A DNA stretch of 63,963 nucleotides, counting the filler, from Dugesia japonica (lineage: Eukaryota), in NCBI GenBank assembly GCA_001938525.1. It is 6 parts of 6 records of this genome, joined end to end, with 100 filler letters (N's around TTAATTAATTAA, not from the genome) between each part and the next. Parts side by side here need not be neighbours in the genome. Positions count along the whole stretch, not along the records: positions 1 to 9,475 come from MQRL01632448.1; positions 9,576 to 23,489 come from MQRL01639600.1; 4 more parts are not named here. One strand, 5' to 3'. Below, one piece after another: positions 1 to 13,207 of the stretch; position 1 is the first letter of the stretch; each line of letters begins with the position of its first letter. Position numbers and translations under genes: made by a program. A model generated the notes under the pieces. That model saw nothing but the letters and a program-made list of their open reading frames with translations. It was not told the origin of the DNA and made no database searches.

Positions 1-559
1 TATATAGACATAAAATATTCAATGTAGGTGTTCCAATTTACTATATACATGATTTAGCGAGAACCAACGTAGCAGAAAAAATGTCATATGCACTATCACT
101 CGCGCGAAAATGTGTATGATTCACTTTCATTAAATAAATTGATTATTTAAGCAATTCATTAAAAACCAAGTAATTAATTCGATGAAGGTTAGTCAGGGTG
201 CAGCATGTAATTTCGTTAGTGTGTGAAACTCAGTATGACACATTGTGGGATAAGTGCACAGTCTCATACGCACAGTCCCTCGACCGGGAACTCATATTGA
301 AGAATAAGTTGCTGTAATTAATTAAATTAGTTATTTCAAAGGTTCTATTAATCAATTTAAAAATTAGGTAAAAATTAAAACAAAAATATAAATTTAAAAA
401 TTGCGCCAAACTTAAAATCAATATTGAATAGGTCAGCATGTCAAAAGATTTGATCCGATCAAAAATCACTGATCAATAAATTCACGAAAACCTATAAAAG
501 AATTCAAGAACAGTGTTATGTTTTTTCACGAGTTGGGGAGGAGAAAAGGAGGTATTATA

Positions 560-1260
560 GTACGATACTGTTTACTTACTTAAATCATACTGCAATTAAC
601 TGCGTTGTTTATGATCGCATTGTAGTGGCAGTTAATAAGATGATTTCTCTGGCTTTACCAGACAAAATACTGCACGATTTTGAGAGTGCTGCAATAAGCG
701 CCTTTAGAGCAGCTTTTTCAAATGCAAATGTTATGTGCCGCTATTTTTATCTTACTCAAAGCGGAAAGTAAATCAATTTGGCATGAAAGTCAATTATGAA
801 AGCGACAACTGTTTACTGAAATCCTTTCACTGCTTATCTACTTTGGCTATAGTTCCTTCAGCAGATGTTATTAATGCTATTTTATATTCGTTGAAAACAT
901 CCCAGAGCTTCTGTCCTATTATGAAAGTATTGAATATTACAGTCCAGTGCTCTTTTCAACAGAAAGCTGGAATCACTGCTTTATCTACTGCTTCTGAAGG
1001 AATAGCAAGAACAAGGAACTCCACAGAAGTTGACATTATGGATTTCAGATAGTTTTTCAATGCCACCATTTTACATTATGGACTTTTATAAACGGAATCG
1101 CACAGGATATGCAAATTCAACGAACAGCATTTCTACAAGGTATATCTGGCCTCAACCAACTGTATCCAAAAGATACAAGTGAATCAAACAGCAAGTAAAA
1201 AATACAGTTGATAGATATTCGTCGATTTCTATTTTACTTATCCTTGAACTGATGTCGTAT
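560..1260 (+). mobile_element. Decayed MULE/Mutator transposase fragment
   Basis: Frameshifted translation PDKILHDFESAAISAFRAAFSNANV..CRYFYLTQ..STLAIVPSADVINA..IARTRNSTEV..HHFTLWTF fits the MULE motifs DFE.AA..AF...FP, GC.FHL.Q and RTNN..E. Repeated GTGATTAAATGTC-like units at 1360-1490 resemble a MULE terminal repeat. Confidence 0.75.
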
Positions 1261-1489
1261 AATTAATAAATTTATATTATGAAATGTATTGTATTTTATT
1301 TTATTAAAGTCATTTTATTTTATTGTACTATTAATAAATATAAATTAAATATATCATGTCGCGTGATTAAATGTTGCAATGTTTAAATTTCGATGATAAA
1401 GTGCCGAGTGATTAATTGTCGAGTGATTAAATGTCAGTGATTAGATGTAGAATGATTAACTGTCAGTGATTGAGTCTCAATTGATTAAC

Positions 1490-3060
1490 TTCTTGCTGTT
1501 ATGATCTCTTTTAGGCTCGGTAGGTTGATCATTCTCTTCAGTTCTGATGTTTCTTGCCTGTTTCTTCTTGTTGTTCGAGACATTTCCTACGACATCTGTT
1601 AAGGAAGACTTCTAATATTCTTTCGTCATCCGCTGTGGTCACCCATGTTTCGGCATCATATGTTAATTTTGGTATAATGAAACTTTTAATTATATTGGCT
1701 ATTGTGTTGTTTCTTACATAGTTCTTTTTCAGGAATGACCTTATCATGTTGAGTTTCTTTTAACCTTTCTCTCTGTATTGATGTTACCTTTGCTGCTTAT
1801 TATTTGACCTAGACATCTGAATTCATCTACCAATTATCTATCTCGTTTTTTGTATTTTAACTTTTTCAGCTACTTTAGGTCTTCCATTCAGTCAAAGAAC
1901 TTTTGTCTTTGCTATGCTTATCTTAATTCCCATGGTTATCATGCTTTGATTCAGCTTCTCGAGGTTTTGTTCAAGCCTTTGATTGTTGTATCGACAAGGT
2001 ATAGATCCTCTGCATATGCGCCATAAGTTATGTTAAAATTGCTTTCCTCTATTTTCCATTTTAATCCAGTTGTTGGATTTGCTGATTTAATGGCGTGATT
2101 GAACACAATATTGAATAGTGTCGGTACTAATATGCAACCTTGCCGTACTCTTCTTTCCATATTGAATATGATGCTTCCAATTTTTTCTTCGATTCCGTTA
2201 TGAAATTCTCTAATTATTCTTTCTACTTATGGTAAGACTTCCATGTTCTTTAGAGTTTTCCACATTGTTTATCTTGGTACGCTATCGAAGGCTTTTTTGA
2301 AGTCGATAAATGTAGTGATTAGTTGATAGTTTTGTATCTTGCTGCTTTTTTTAATTGGTTTAGTATGTATTTACTCTGTATTGTCGATCTGCCAGTTCTG
2401 AATCCAAACTGATGATCTGGTAATGTTTCTCACTGCACCCCTGTAGCCTTGTGTTGATTATTTTTTTTTCCAAACCAGATATCTTCTAAATATTTTTTCA
2501 TTCTTGTTATCAATGTTCTCTTTGCAAGCCTCTATCACCTGGTGCTTTGATTTTCTTGAGCTTGTTGATTGTTTGAAGATTTCTTTCTACGTTGGTGGAT
2601 TATTGTTCTTATTACTTTGCTGTTCCTTGCTTTCTCTTTTACATTCTTTTTCTTTTGTCTCTTGTTCTTGTCTTTTAAATATATTTGTAATCTGCTAGTT
2701 TTTCATTTGATATTAGTTGTAGTGTTTTTCGATACTTAGTTTGTTTTGAGTTATCTCCAACTCTTATGTTATCGTCTATGATCTCATCACCCCTCTTTGT
2801 CTCATTCATTTTTTAACATGTTCTACTTCAGTCCAAGGTAAATTTCCTTTTTCTTCAATATTGTGCATATGTATCTCAGTCATCATTAATATATCTAGAT
2901 TGTTGTGTGTTAGTTCTCTTTCTATCTGGAACTTCTTATCGTCTGAATTCATATATCTCACATTCCACAAACCGATTTTCGTTTCATTGATCATCTTTCC
3001 CATATTCCACATCTCAGAAATCTCACTCATGGTTGGGTTTGGTGATATTTTGTCATCAAT
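1490..3060 (-). mobile_element. Decayed, internally deleted RTE-like non-LTR retrotransposon (APE endonuclease + RT)
   Basis: APE start KIGLWNVRYM..LDILMMTE (2806-3030); RT motifs FIDFKKAFDSVPR, VRQGCILVPTLFN and YAEDL (variant of YADD); C-terminal LTYDAETW. Confidence 0.85.
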
Positions 3061-3179
3061 ATTGTTGCTGGAATTTGTTCTCCTGTTAGAAAAAAGTATT
3101 GATTTGTTCGATTCTTTGGTTGTTGTTGCTTTCTACTATACGATGTTCGGATTGCAGGCTCTTAACATCGGGTTTGCCG

Positions 3180-3960
3180 AGATTTGCTACGCATAATGGT
3201 TTTCACCATTAATTTCCCCGTCTCTACACAAGTATTAAAAACTACGGTATACTCCGGCATGATTTCCTTCCATGTATCCAGTAACTTATTTTTCACTATT
3301 AACCCTAATAATTTCAACAGTTTAATGTTATTAACCTCAAGGAAAAAACTATCTGTATTGCTAGCTATTATATTTATCTTCAATTTTCCTTCTTTGCGGT
3401 ATTTTTCAAGCTCTATGTATTAGAGTTGGTACATTCTTAATTTCAATAAACCAAGTACCGTCTGTCTAATGTAACTGAGTAGATCCAAACATATCCCCTC
3501 CTTGTTGAATTGAACAGCTATTACATCATTGTCTATTTTAGTTGTCCTTTTAAACCCTGGTTTTAATGTATAGGCTATCAGATTTTGGCTGAATTACGGA
3601 TCCTAAGGTTAATTCTGTACTTTAAATTTCCCAGGCTTTGTCCATAAAAGATTACATTAAACAAATATTTAACAGTTTGTAGTAGGTCTTCGCCAATTTG
3701 ATTTTACCGTGTGATCTTAGCTCTGTGTTTATATCTATATATTGTTTAAAGATATTATCCTGACTGCATATCAGATCTCTCTATATTTTTGTAATTTTAA
3801 CTCCTAATTCCAAGTACATTTACAGTAGCCTTCAGTGCACTGCAATAATTCTCCTTGGATAAGTGTATCAACAATAATTTTTCACTTTACTATTCTGATG
3901 CTACCGGACGCTCATTCAAATAATCATGGAAGTCATTAAAAATTACAAAAATTACAATAG
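3180..3960 (-). mobile_element. Polinton-type protein-primed DNA polymerase B fragment (pseudogene)
   Basis: DFHDYLNERPVASE, NVIFYGQSLGNLKYRINLR (N..YGK..EN...R motif), LSYIRQTVLGLLKLRMYQL and INIIASNTDSFF..LLDT. Homologous to the fragments at 38.3 kb and 57.0 kb. Confidence 0.8.
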
Positions 3961-4019
3961 ATAGTTCTATTTTCTATTTCTATTATTTTACTTATTACTA
4001 CAACTTATTGGCAATGAAT

Positions 4020-4200
4020 GAAAATGTGCAGAAAAAACTTCAAAATGGGTTAAGGATATCGAGGAGTGAACTATCGTTAACGATTTCAATTTGTTGAATA
4101 TCTTTGATCTACTATTGTGAATGAAGCAGGAATTCTTTAGTAAGATTTTAAAAAGATTTAGATCACAACAAAGGAAGCCAAAAGAGGATTCATAGACACA
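4020..4200 (+). mobile_element. Gypsy gag fragment
   Basis: KWVKDIEE*TIVNDFNLLNIFDLLL..EAGIL is similar to the gag at 10380-10980. Confidence 0.5.
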
Positions 4201-7200
4201 TTTATAATAAAAAATCGTTTTGTCAGTAATTCTTTGGAAAGATTATAAAATGGTGAAATTTCCTCATCTTCTCTCGTTTGGATTCTAGGAGTGGAAACGA
4301 AACCATAATAGGCCGCAGGTCTATTGAACGTCACTTGAATATCATTTTATTTTATTAACGTTTTTTGATTAAAATAATTTCAATATTTGTGTTGGGCTGA
4401 AACAGGCCTGTTTGAAATATGGCATAAATCAGATTTAATCATAAGAATTATGGAATACAGAAACCAGTGATCATTACATAGAAATTATAATAAANNNNNN
4501 NNNNNNNNNNNNNNNNNNNNNNNNNNNNNNNNNNNNNNNNNNNNNNNNNNNNNNNNNNNNNNNNNNNNNNNNNNNNNNNNNNNNNNNNNNNNNNNNNNNN
4601 NNNNNNNNNNNNNNNNNNNNNNNNNNNNNNNNNNNNNNNNNNNNNNNNNNNNNNNNNNNNNNNNNNNNNNNNNNNNNNNNNNNNNNNNNNNNNNNNNNNN
4701 NNNNNNNNNNNNNNNNNNNNNNNNNNNNNNNNNNNNNNNNNNNNNNNNNTCGAAAGAAACAATAATTAAAGAATTAAAGTACGAAGGCTCAAATAATAAA
4801 TTCCGTAATAAAAGAAAATCATTTTATAAATTATGGCTCACGAAATAAAAAGCAAATTAAAAATGAAACGTATGAATAATGCCATGAAATGATAAAGGAG
4901 AAATAACGAACAAAAATGAAATTAGAGTGTGTTATATATTATTATTTATAATTATATTTATGTTATAGAAGTATAAATATATAAAAAAGATAGTTTAAAT
5001 ATAATAAAATAAGTAGTTCGTAAAGTAAGATTAAAACAAAAGCAATTTATAGTAAAAATTTTTATTAAAATCGAACGAGTTATATTATTATAATAAAAGT
5101 ATTTGAATAATTAGAAATAATAATATTATTATTNNNNNNNNNNNNNNNNNNNNNNNNNNNNNNNNNNNNNNNNNNNNNNNNNNTTATTTTAGTTAAATAT
5201 TATTAATTCAGAAGAAGAAAACGGAGTTAAGAAATTAAACTTATATTTAATAAAAGAGAATAGAAAGTAAATTATTATTTCAGAGGTATATCGAATTAAT
5301 TGTATTTATTCGCGTAGAAATTCTTATTTGTATTATATCAGCAAACTATCTAAAATTATTATTATTGTAAGATAAATATTATTAAAATTATTATTATTGN
5401 NNNNNNNNNNNNNNNNNNNNNNNNNNNNNNNNNNNNNNNNNNNNNNAGTTGTATGAGAAGAAAGACAAGAAAAAGTTATTTAAGAATTAAAAAATTATAT
5501 TAAATTATTTATATTTATTCATGGTAATATCTATATTAAAATATTAAAGACAAGAAATAAAAATTAATTTTATTACGTTTAAATATTACTAATGTTAAAA
5601 ATTTATTCGTGCCGGTCCGATGATCATGGATTTCATCGGCACCGTTGCACGTTGGAACAGAGCCGTTTTCAATAATTTCAATGTATCGGGTGAGCACCGT
5701 GCATTCTGAAAATAATCTGTGTCGGGTGAGCGCCGCACAGAAGACAACAATAAATAATGATGCCGAGTGAGCACCGGTCTTCATATGCAGCAAAAAATAT
5801 TACGAAAAAATATACACGTCCGAATTTGGACATATTAGAAGAATCTGCGAGTGAGCACCGAACGATTCAATGATTTTTCCAATAATTTGTAGAACTGCCT
5901 ACTGCAACTGTCAAAATTAATATGACAGTGCAGTATAAAAGAAAACATCTCATCCAGCAAATTAACAGTAATTTTTAACATTTGATATTTTAAAAATAAT
6001 TTTTTAACATTTGATATTAAGACATTATTTTTTAACATTTGATATTTTGACATTATTGCTCATTTGTCAATTTTACTAAACAGTTATATTTCTCTTAAAA
6101 AGAACTCAGTTCGATCATCAACAGACAAAGTAAATTTGAATTATATTTATTAGATAAAATCGGAAGACTGGGGTGGTGTTCATCGTTGACTGGCAACGAT
6201 GGACATCAATGCTCAGAGATCCGCGCTTTGATTGATATCACTTAGTTTTATTACAGATGATTATTAGTAGAATGACTTTTTGATGTTTAATTGAACTGGC
6301 TGATGGATCAATAGTTATTCGGAGGAGGATGGATCTCTCAGTTTATATATGATTATGAATGTGTACATGAAGATGAAGTAACGAAGATCTATAAAAAGAG
6401 AATATGATTGGATGATCAACATGAATTTAGTTGGAGAATCCAACCTCATCCGCCTTGACTATTGATCGTGAATTGGTCCAGAGTAAATTTTGAATTGATA
6501 TTACTAACATTACGTTATAATAAATTGAAATTATTACGAGATTAGATTTGTATTAGAAATTGTTAATATTTTGATAAACGATAAAATAGTTAATGCTCAT
6601 ATCTGATTTGTATTATAAATTATTAATATTTTGTTAAAAAGACAAAGAATTAATGCTAATATCTAGAATTCTCAAATCGCTGACGACGACAGTAGCCAAT
6701 GAATTGCTAAAGCCAGGAGAGTGTTCCTTCGAATCAAATATCCTGAACAATATGCCGAATTTGTGGGAATCAATTAACGAGTATGGAACCGACCATGATC
6801 TATGGTGGGTCACTCAGGATCGCCTCTGAAAGAAGGATCAGGAGCTGTTAACTTTAAGAGCAAGGTTGAATCGGCAGGAGACTCTACAACAGAAAGCCGC
6901 AATGTTGGAGGAATTGGATAAAAGAGTGGAACAACAGGAGCAGCGCTACAACAATCAGTTAGCGGAGATCTTAAGCAGGAACGAACAACGGGAGAAGGAA
7001 TTGATATCTTTGTTAATCAGATCGACCAAAATGCACCAATATCAGCAGTGAGCAATCCAAAGTTCGCGTGCTACTCAGCTGGAAATGGAAGAATTCAACA
7101 AGATGTCGGATCGGTTGAACATANNNNNNNNNNNNNNNNNNNNNNNNNNNNNNNNNNNNNNNNNNNNNNNNNNGCAATCCAAAGTTCGCGTGCTACTCAG

Positions 7201-8799
7201 CTGGAAATGGAAGAATTCAACAAGATGTCGGATCGGTTGAACATAAATGTCAAAGAGATGTTACGACAGACACTAATACCAGTCAATGGAACTATTGAAA
7301 ATCAGGAAACTTTATTGTGATTAATGATTCATGTGTTAACAGCAATACAGTTTTTAATTCTAGTATTTTCATGTCTTGATTATATTTAATGATAATGTGT
7401 TAAAATGAATCAATGGAGTAAGAGAAGTTAAAAGAGAAATTCGTTAAAATTTTTGTGAATTCCGATTTTAAATGTTAATGATATATAATTTGCTGAATGA
7501 TTTTATATCTGATGAAATAATTGTAGAATTAATATTGATTAATGAAGTCTAATAAATCAAAACGAGAGCCGGATAGAAATGAAAATCTAAGACGGGATAC
7601 AGCATAGTCCCGCTGAATCCGGGAACAGGAGGATCGTGTTACTAGAGAGAGTAACACAAGTTTCTGTGGTTGCTAGGTATCATCCTCCAGACAGAAAGAT
7701 ATGTGGAAGAGAAAGTAAATACAGTGAATCTATTAGAAATAAAGATAAAAAGAAACCAGATATTAAAAATAACATCAAAAAGCCTAGCAACCCAATATTT
7801 GTGATTAATGATTATTAATGACATATGGAAAATTGAACCGCGATTACTGAGGATTAAAATAAACAATTATGTGTGGCCCTATTCAGACTCTAATGTATTT
7901 TATTACATCAAATAGTCTGAGATGCAATTGTTGTTAAATGCATGTGAGAAACCGATAGAGGAGCAAAGAGCTAAATTGATGGCGGAGCTAAAGACAGTTA
8001 AGTTGGAATTAGCCGTGAAAGAGAGCCGAATCCAAGTAATGGAGAAACAGAGGGGAGAATGTGTGAAGTTTTAGGAGACAATAATGAAAGGAACGTCCGC
8101 AAGGACAGAATGCTGAAACTCCGATTCGACACTCTTGTGAGCATGAAAAGATGAGATTGTGCAGTGAAAAGACGAATTAAAGATACTCAAGGAGTTAATG
8201 GGCCTGAGTAGTATCATTAAGCAAATCAGAGTTAACAAATACTAACTTTAAACTTGAATTTGTGTTTTATTTTCCCTTTTAACGTAAATTGTGATATTTA
8301 TATCACAGTTAACATGTTGTCATAAATAATAATTTATGCACCTAGAAAAAAACTTTTAAATTACTAATTTATGTTCGTATAACTTATTATTAAATCAGTT
8401 ATTAAATAATTTCACGAATAATTCATGCAATAATTTAAAGAACAAACAAAATAAAGAGCAGGTTTCAAAAAGGACGTGATGTTATTACAAAAGAGATGGA
8501 AAGATGATTACAGAGTAAGATGGTGCGATTGAAGCAAATACATACTAAATCAGAAACTCAGCGCCTCCTGTAAAAAGAGTGTGATTTGGTGCTGTTAAAA
8601 TGGTCGAGCTCATTTAGCCATACGCGAAAAGAGGCCGCAAATTTTGCTACAAGGACATCTAAGAATGGTAGTTAAACTTAGTCTAATTTGATAGTCTTAA
8701 CAAATTAGATAATAGTCTTCGAGCTAATTGATATAATCAAAAAATGATTAATAATAATATAAGGAGTACTTTACACAAACTGTGCTCAATATCAAATAA

Positions 8800-9420
8800 T
8801 GATCAAGAAAAAAACATTAAAAACATTGAAGAAAAAGAAGAAAGAAAACTATAAAATTACCATTCTCGGAAAGATCTAAATCATTAAAATGCTCTCTCAT
8901 AAAATATTTTGATGATATTAAACTTACATTCATTTTCACTTCAAAGAAAAGCTCAAGTTATTTAAGTAACAACTCTACTACATCAAAAGCTTTACTCGCT
9001 AAATTAGTTTATCAATTGAATTGTAACAGGTGTGATGCCACGTACATTGGAGACAAAACGTCATCTTCGTAAAAGTGTTAGCGAGCATATGCAATTGAGT
9101 AGGAAAAGTTCGGTTTTAGATCATGCCTGTTGCTGCAAAAATAGAAAAGGCAAAATAAGCATTGATAAGTTTATAGTTTTGAACATCGATTTTGGTGACT
9201 ATTTTGAAAGAATTGCGTGTGAGGGTTGCAAAATCCGATTCTTAATACTCAAATTGACACACATTGACTTTTAATTTTATTTTAATTTAATTTTATTGGA
9301 TTGATTACGCAACACGTTTTATTGGCCAATATATAAACAATTTCCTTCTTATTTTACCGCGGTAACTGATGATGGCAATAGATTTGTCGCAAATATGTCT
9401 TACGAATAAATATTTTAAAA
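8800..9420 (+). mobile_element. Penelope-like element 3' part (GIY-YIG endonuclease)
   Basis: LVYQLNCNRCDATYIG(E)TKRHLRKSVSEH, followed by a degenerate hammerhead motif at 9362-9403. Confidence 0.85.
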
Positions 9421-9475
9421 ATTGCGTTTTTTTATTTTATTTAGATCAAAGCAATTTGTTCAATATGTTTTTGAA

Positions 9476-9575
9476 NNNNNNNNNNNNNNNNNNNNNNNNN
9501 NNNNNNNNNNNNNNNNNNNTTAATTAATTAANNNNNNNNNNNNNNNNNNNNNNNNNNNNNNNNNNNNNNNNNNNN
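9476..9575. other. Artificial contig linker N44-TTAATTAATTAA-N44 (also at 23490-23589, 33344-33443, 44456-44555, 55043-55142)
   Basis: The same 12-mer, with stops in all six frames, is centred in a 100-nt N block five times. Confidence 0.97.
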
Positions 9576-9754
9576 CAGAAGAACGTTACAATTTTTGAAA
9601 TTGAAAGTCAATTTTTATATTCAAGATATTTTTAAAAGTATTAATTTTAAAAAGTAGCTAAAGCTTGACGTAAATCAATTACAATTTAATCAAATTGCAA
9701 TCATGTTTAAATTCTTTCAATATTATTCATAAATATTTATTAAAAAATACCCAT

Positions 9755-10040
9755 GTGACCAAAAATATTACTACACGAAAGGATTTGACATATCGACAGA
9801 AATTTAAAATTTTAAATAAGATTGACATGGAGTAAGCTACAAAACATTTTGCAGGGAGTATGGTGTCTCTAAAAGCACGATTTATAATAGTCAAAAGAAC
9901 AAAGAAACTTTAAAGAATTTGAAGTGGGATATTCACTGTGTTAACAATCGAAAAAGAGACATTTCTTCCGTATATTCTAAAGTTGAAGATTTGGTATTGC
10001 TATTTTTCGTCAATGCAGAACTAAAAACATTCCATTGTAA
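9755..10040 (+). mobile_element. pogo/Tigger (CENP-B HTH) transposase N-terminal fragment
   Basis: RKDLTYRQKFKILNKID..SYKTFCREYGVSKSTIYN..RKR....YSKVEDLVLLFF. Confidence 0.75.
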
Positions 10041-10349
10041 AAAATATTTGTGTTTTTAAAATCTTTATAGACATGTATTTTTGAAACGAAATTATTTTTA
10101 AAAGATACAATGATATATTTGTATGTATAAACATCCAAAGAATAATCCCTTAAATTTTTTACCCATGTTTAACTAACACCATGTATATTCTATTAAAGTG
10201 TTTATATAAATTTATCTTTTAATGAAGTATGTTTATGTTTTAATGATTTGAGTTACAATACTTTGTTATAATATTATTAGAAATGGCTGTAATTTTGATT
10301 TTTAATAAATATATTGTATTTAAATTAAATCTGATTGTGAAAGTAGTTT

Positions 10350-10980
10350 AACTCGCGACCACGCCGAAAATAATAATGCAGTGACACGCTAATAACAACG
10401 AAAATTAATTTTAGAAGCCTTACCTAAGAAGGCTCAGGAGCTTATCAATTTTAATATAAGAAAATATGATGGCAAAGATGCTTCAAAAGCTACAGCATGG
10501 CTGAAAGAAATCGAAGAATGGCTCATTTTGAATGATTTAAACTTAATGGGAATTTTTAATCTCTTGTTATCATAAGAAGCCGGAGTTTTATAGAAAAGTT
10601 TTAAGTTGGACGGAATAACGAAAGAAGATGCAAAAAATCTATTATGGAAATGATAATGGGGCTTGCAACAGTTAAACGAGAATCAGAAGAGAGATTTGCA
10701 ATGTTTGATGTACGAGTAACAAATTTAGTTAATTGTGTATTGAATTCAGTGTTAAGTCATGACGAAGTAGTAATTGATTAGCTGCCAATGAAAGCCAGGA
10801 ATCAAAATTTACGAGAGACGTTTACAATACCAAATATTAAAGTTGCTGAGATGAGATCTCTGGCAAAAATATATGAAGATAAAAAACATTTCCAACGCGT
10901 TACTGGAAATGAAGATATTTATGTAATACATAGAAAGAGTTATTCAAATGTATTAAAAGGAGACCGTGGATGTTTGGTTT
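10350..10980 (+). mobile_element. Gypsy gag fragment preceded by a PBS-like motif
   Basis: TCGCGACCACG at about 10354 resembles a TGGCGACCACG PBS; followed by IRKYDGKDASKATAWLKEIEEW. Confidence 0.55.
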
Positions 10981-11039
10981 TGGAATTGATTTTGAAATTC
11001 ATGGAGTGAAAGTTATTTCTTTATTCGTAAATGATTTTT

Positions 11040-11499
11040 GTATTGGACCATTTTCTCATCACCAGAGACAATAATAAACGATTTTTGTAGTGTTGAATAA
11101 GCAACGTCATATGTAGATTATCGTTGCGTTTTTTTTAATTTAGTCAATAGATGACGCACATATTGCCCTTTAAGGCTTTTTCTGTCAGTTTATTTTTGAT
11201 GGTCACAGGTTGTTGATCTAAGTACTTGTAAGTTTTCTTCAATCTCATCCAGGAAAATCCGAGGATCTTACTCTATTAAATCGCGAAGAACTTGATTGTC
11301 TATGATCTTCTTGGCTCATTCTCGATTTCAAAGTTTCACAATCTAAACGTTGTAAACCATCTTTTTACCTTTTTTCATCCAAAGCTGCTTTGTAAACTCC
11401 ATTAATGTTGCGCGTGACCTCTACTGCTGATTTATTTTTCTTAAATTTGTACAGCTTGCAAATGTACAAATATGGCACTGATGGTTCAAAAATTGCCAT
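11040..11499 (-). mobile_element. mariner transposase N-terminal remnant
   Basis: LYKFKKNKSAVEVTRNINGVY..VKRWFTTFR..FEIENEPR...IVSGDEK matches the mariner HTH and first catalytic TGDEKW motif. Confidence 0.75.
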
Positions 11500-11589
11500 A
11501 TTTTAATGGATAAAAATATTTTATTATCTAGCATTTATAAATTATTGTTAAATTTTTAAAATTTAATTGAATTTTTAGTAATCCTTATG

Positions 11590-11850
11590 GAAACGGAATA
11601 AGCAATTTGAAGAATTCTTTCAACGTTTCAGAAAGAGTGAGTATAAGAAAAAACAAATAAACCGCTGATGAATTAAGAATTTTGCTTATTGACATGGTTA
11701 GCAAATGTCAACGGTTCGTAGATATGGCAAGGATTCTTAAAATCAACTAAAAAACTGCATCAAGCATTATGAGCACTTATAGTTCGGAAAGAACCAAGAA
11801 ACTCAAGAAAACAAATGTTAATATCAAGAAAATAAGCTATGGTATTATCT
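11590..11850 (+). mobile_element. Possible Tc1/IS630-type HTH remnant
   Basis: ADELRILLIDMVSKCQRFVDMARILKIN*KTASSI looks like an HTH; no catalytic motif seen. Confidence 0.35.
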
Positions 11851-12436
11851 NNNNNNNNNNNNNNNNNNNNNNNNNNNNNNNNNNNNNNNNNNNNNNNNNA
11901 TAGGAAAGATGTAAATTGAGAAATTTGTTACGAGTGTAAGCATCGGAGCAATCCAAAATCTATTGTATGGAGTTGTTATTTTGAAGAGTCAATGGTCAAC
12001 AAAAACATCATCTTAGACACCAATATGCATCAAACTTCCTTAAAAACCTTTTTAAAAAGAATTAATAAAGATTGGCATTTCTAAAATGACTCCTGAAGAC
12101 GCTAATAGTTGGTTAATCATTTTTCTTGTAGTTTAACACGTGTTTTTATTTGCATTTTGTAATTTTTTTACTTTCACTTTAGATATGTTAAAAATTTTAT
12201 ATGCATATCTGAAATGATTTATAAATGCTATATTTGAATTTCGCAAAAATAAATAATATGATTTACTTTATTATAACCAATTGTAATAAATAGGATAAAT
12301 TTTATAAAGATCAAATTATCATTGATGATTAAATAAATTATTGTAATTCGATTTTTAATTTTGATTTATTAAGCAAATATGGTATATAAAAAATCATAAT
12401 TTTAATACGGCGCAGAAACTCTTTCCTCAACCTTAA

Positions 12437-12688
12437 CCCTACAGTGCATGGTGATTCATATATGCATCACCATCTGTTTTTTACACCTCGCTTTGTATTT
12501 AAAGCATTTTGGTGTCGTAAATGCATGACAGTGCAAATATGAATCATCCAGCAACATAATGGTATATTATAGACAACATATAACCTAAACATTCTCCCAG
12601 AATTTGTCATTTCGTCGAACTTGTGGCGGGTAGCCGGTGGCGGACGTTATATATTTTTTTAAAAACAAAAAAATCATGCACTGCAGGG
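12437..12688. mobile_element. piggyBac-type MITE (252 bp)
   Basis: TTAA|CCCTACAGTGCATG ... CATGCACTGCAGGG|TTAA: TTAA TSD and TIRs matching at 13 of 14 positions. Confidence 0.9.
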
Positions 12689-13207
12689 TTAATATATTTA
12701 TCCAATGCTATTTAATTCAAAAAAAATAAATAAACCATGTTGAAATAAATTGTTTTAATTATATTTAGATAATATTCTACAATTTTTTCGTTTATTTTCT
12801 GATTTATTTCATAAAGAAGACAGTTATTCTACACTAGTAGAAATCGACAGAAAATTTTAACTATAAAAAATATATTGTTTAAAAATATAGAAATTTCTAT
12901 AAAAGAATAGGGATATATAAAATCCAAACAGCTATCTAAATCATTAATTCAATTATCGTACATTATTTTTCAAAAATCGAAAATCATTATTTTTCTCATT
13001 TGTCATTTGTTTATCAATGTAATGAAAATTTATGAAATAAATAATCTAGTTTTTAATAAAAAAAACTAATAAAATAATAAAAATCTTTTTTAAAAAAATA
13101 TGAAAAAATACATTTTAGATAAAAGAAACAATAAAATAAAATTGCCATATTACAAATAATATTTTTCTAAAATGCCTAATGAAATCTCTAGAAATACGCA
13201 GTTATAT

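Noticed and set aside
4448-4762. ORF-track entries made mostly of X (also near 21.0-21.4, 24.9, 45.9, 47.5 and 60.2 kb)
   Set aside because: Artefacts of N runs or microsatellites.
7053-7223. Direct repeats flanking N gaps (also 15050-15200)
   Set aside because: Identical sequence on both sides of a short gap is typical of unmerged contig overlap.
9520-9531. TTAATTAATTAA palindrome recurring about every 10-14 kb
   Set aside because: Always centred in a 100-nt N block, so it is a concatenation linker and not biology.
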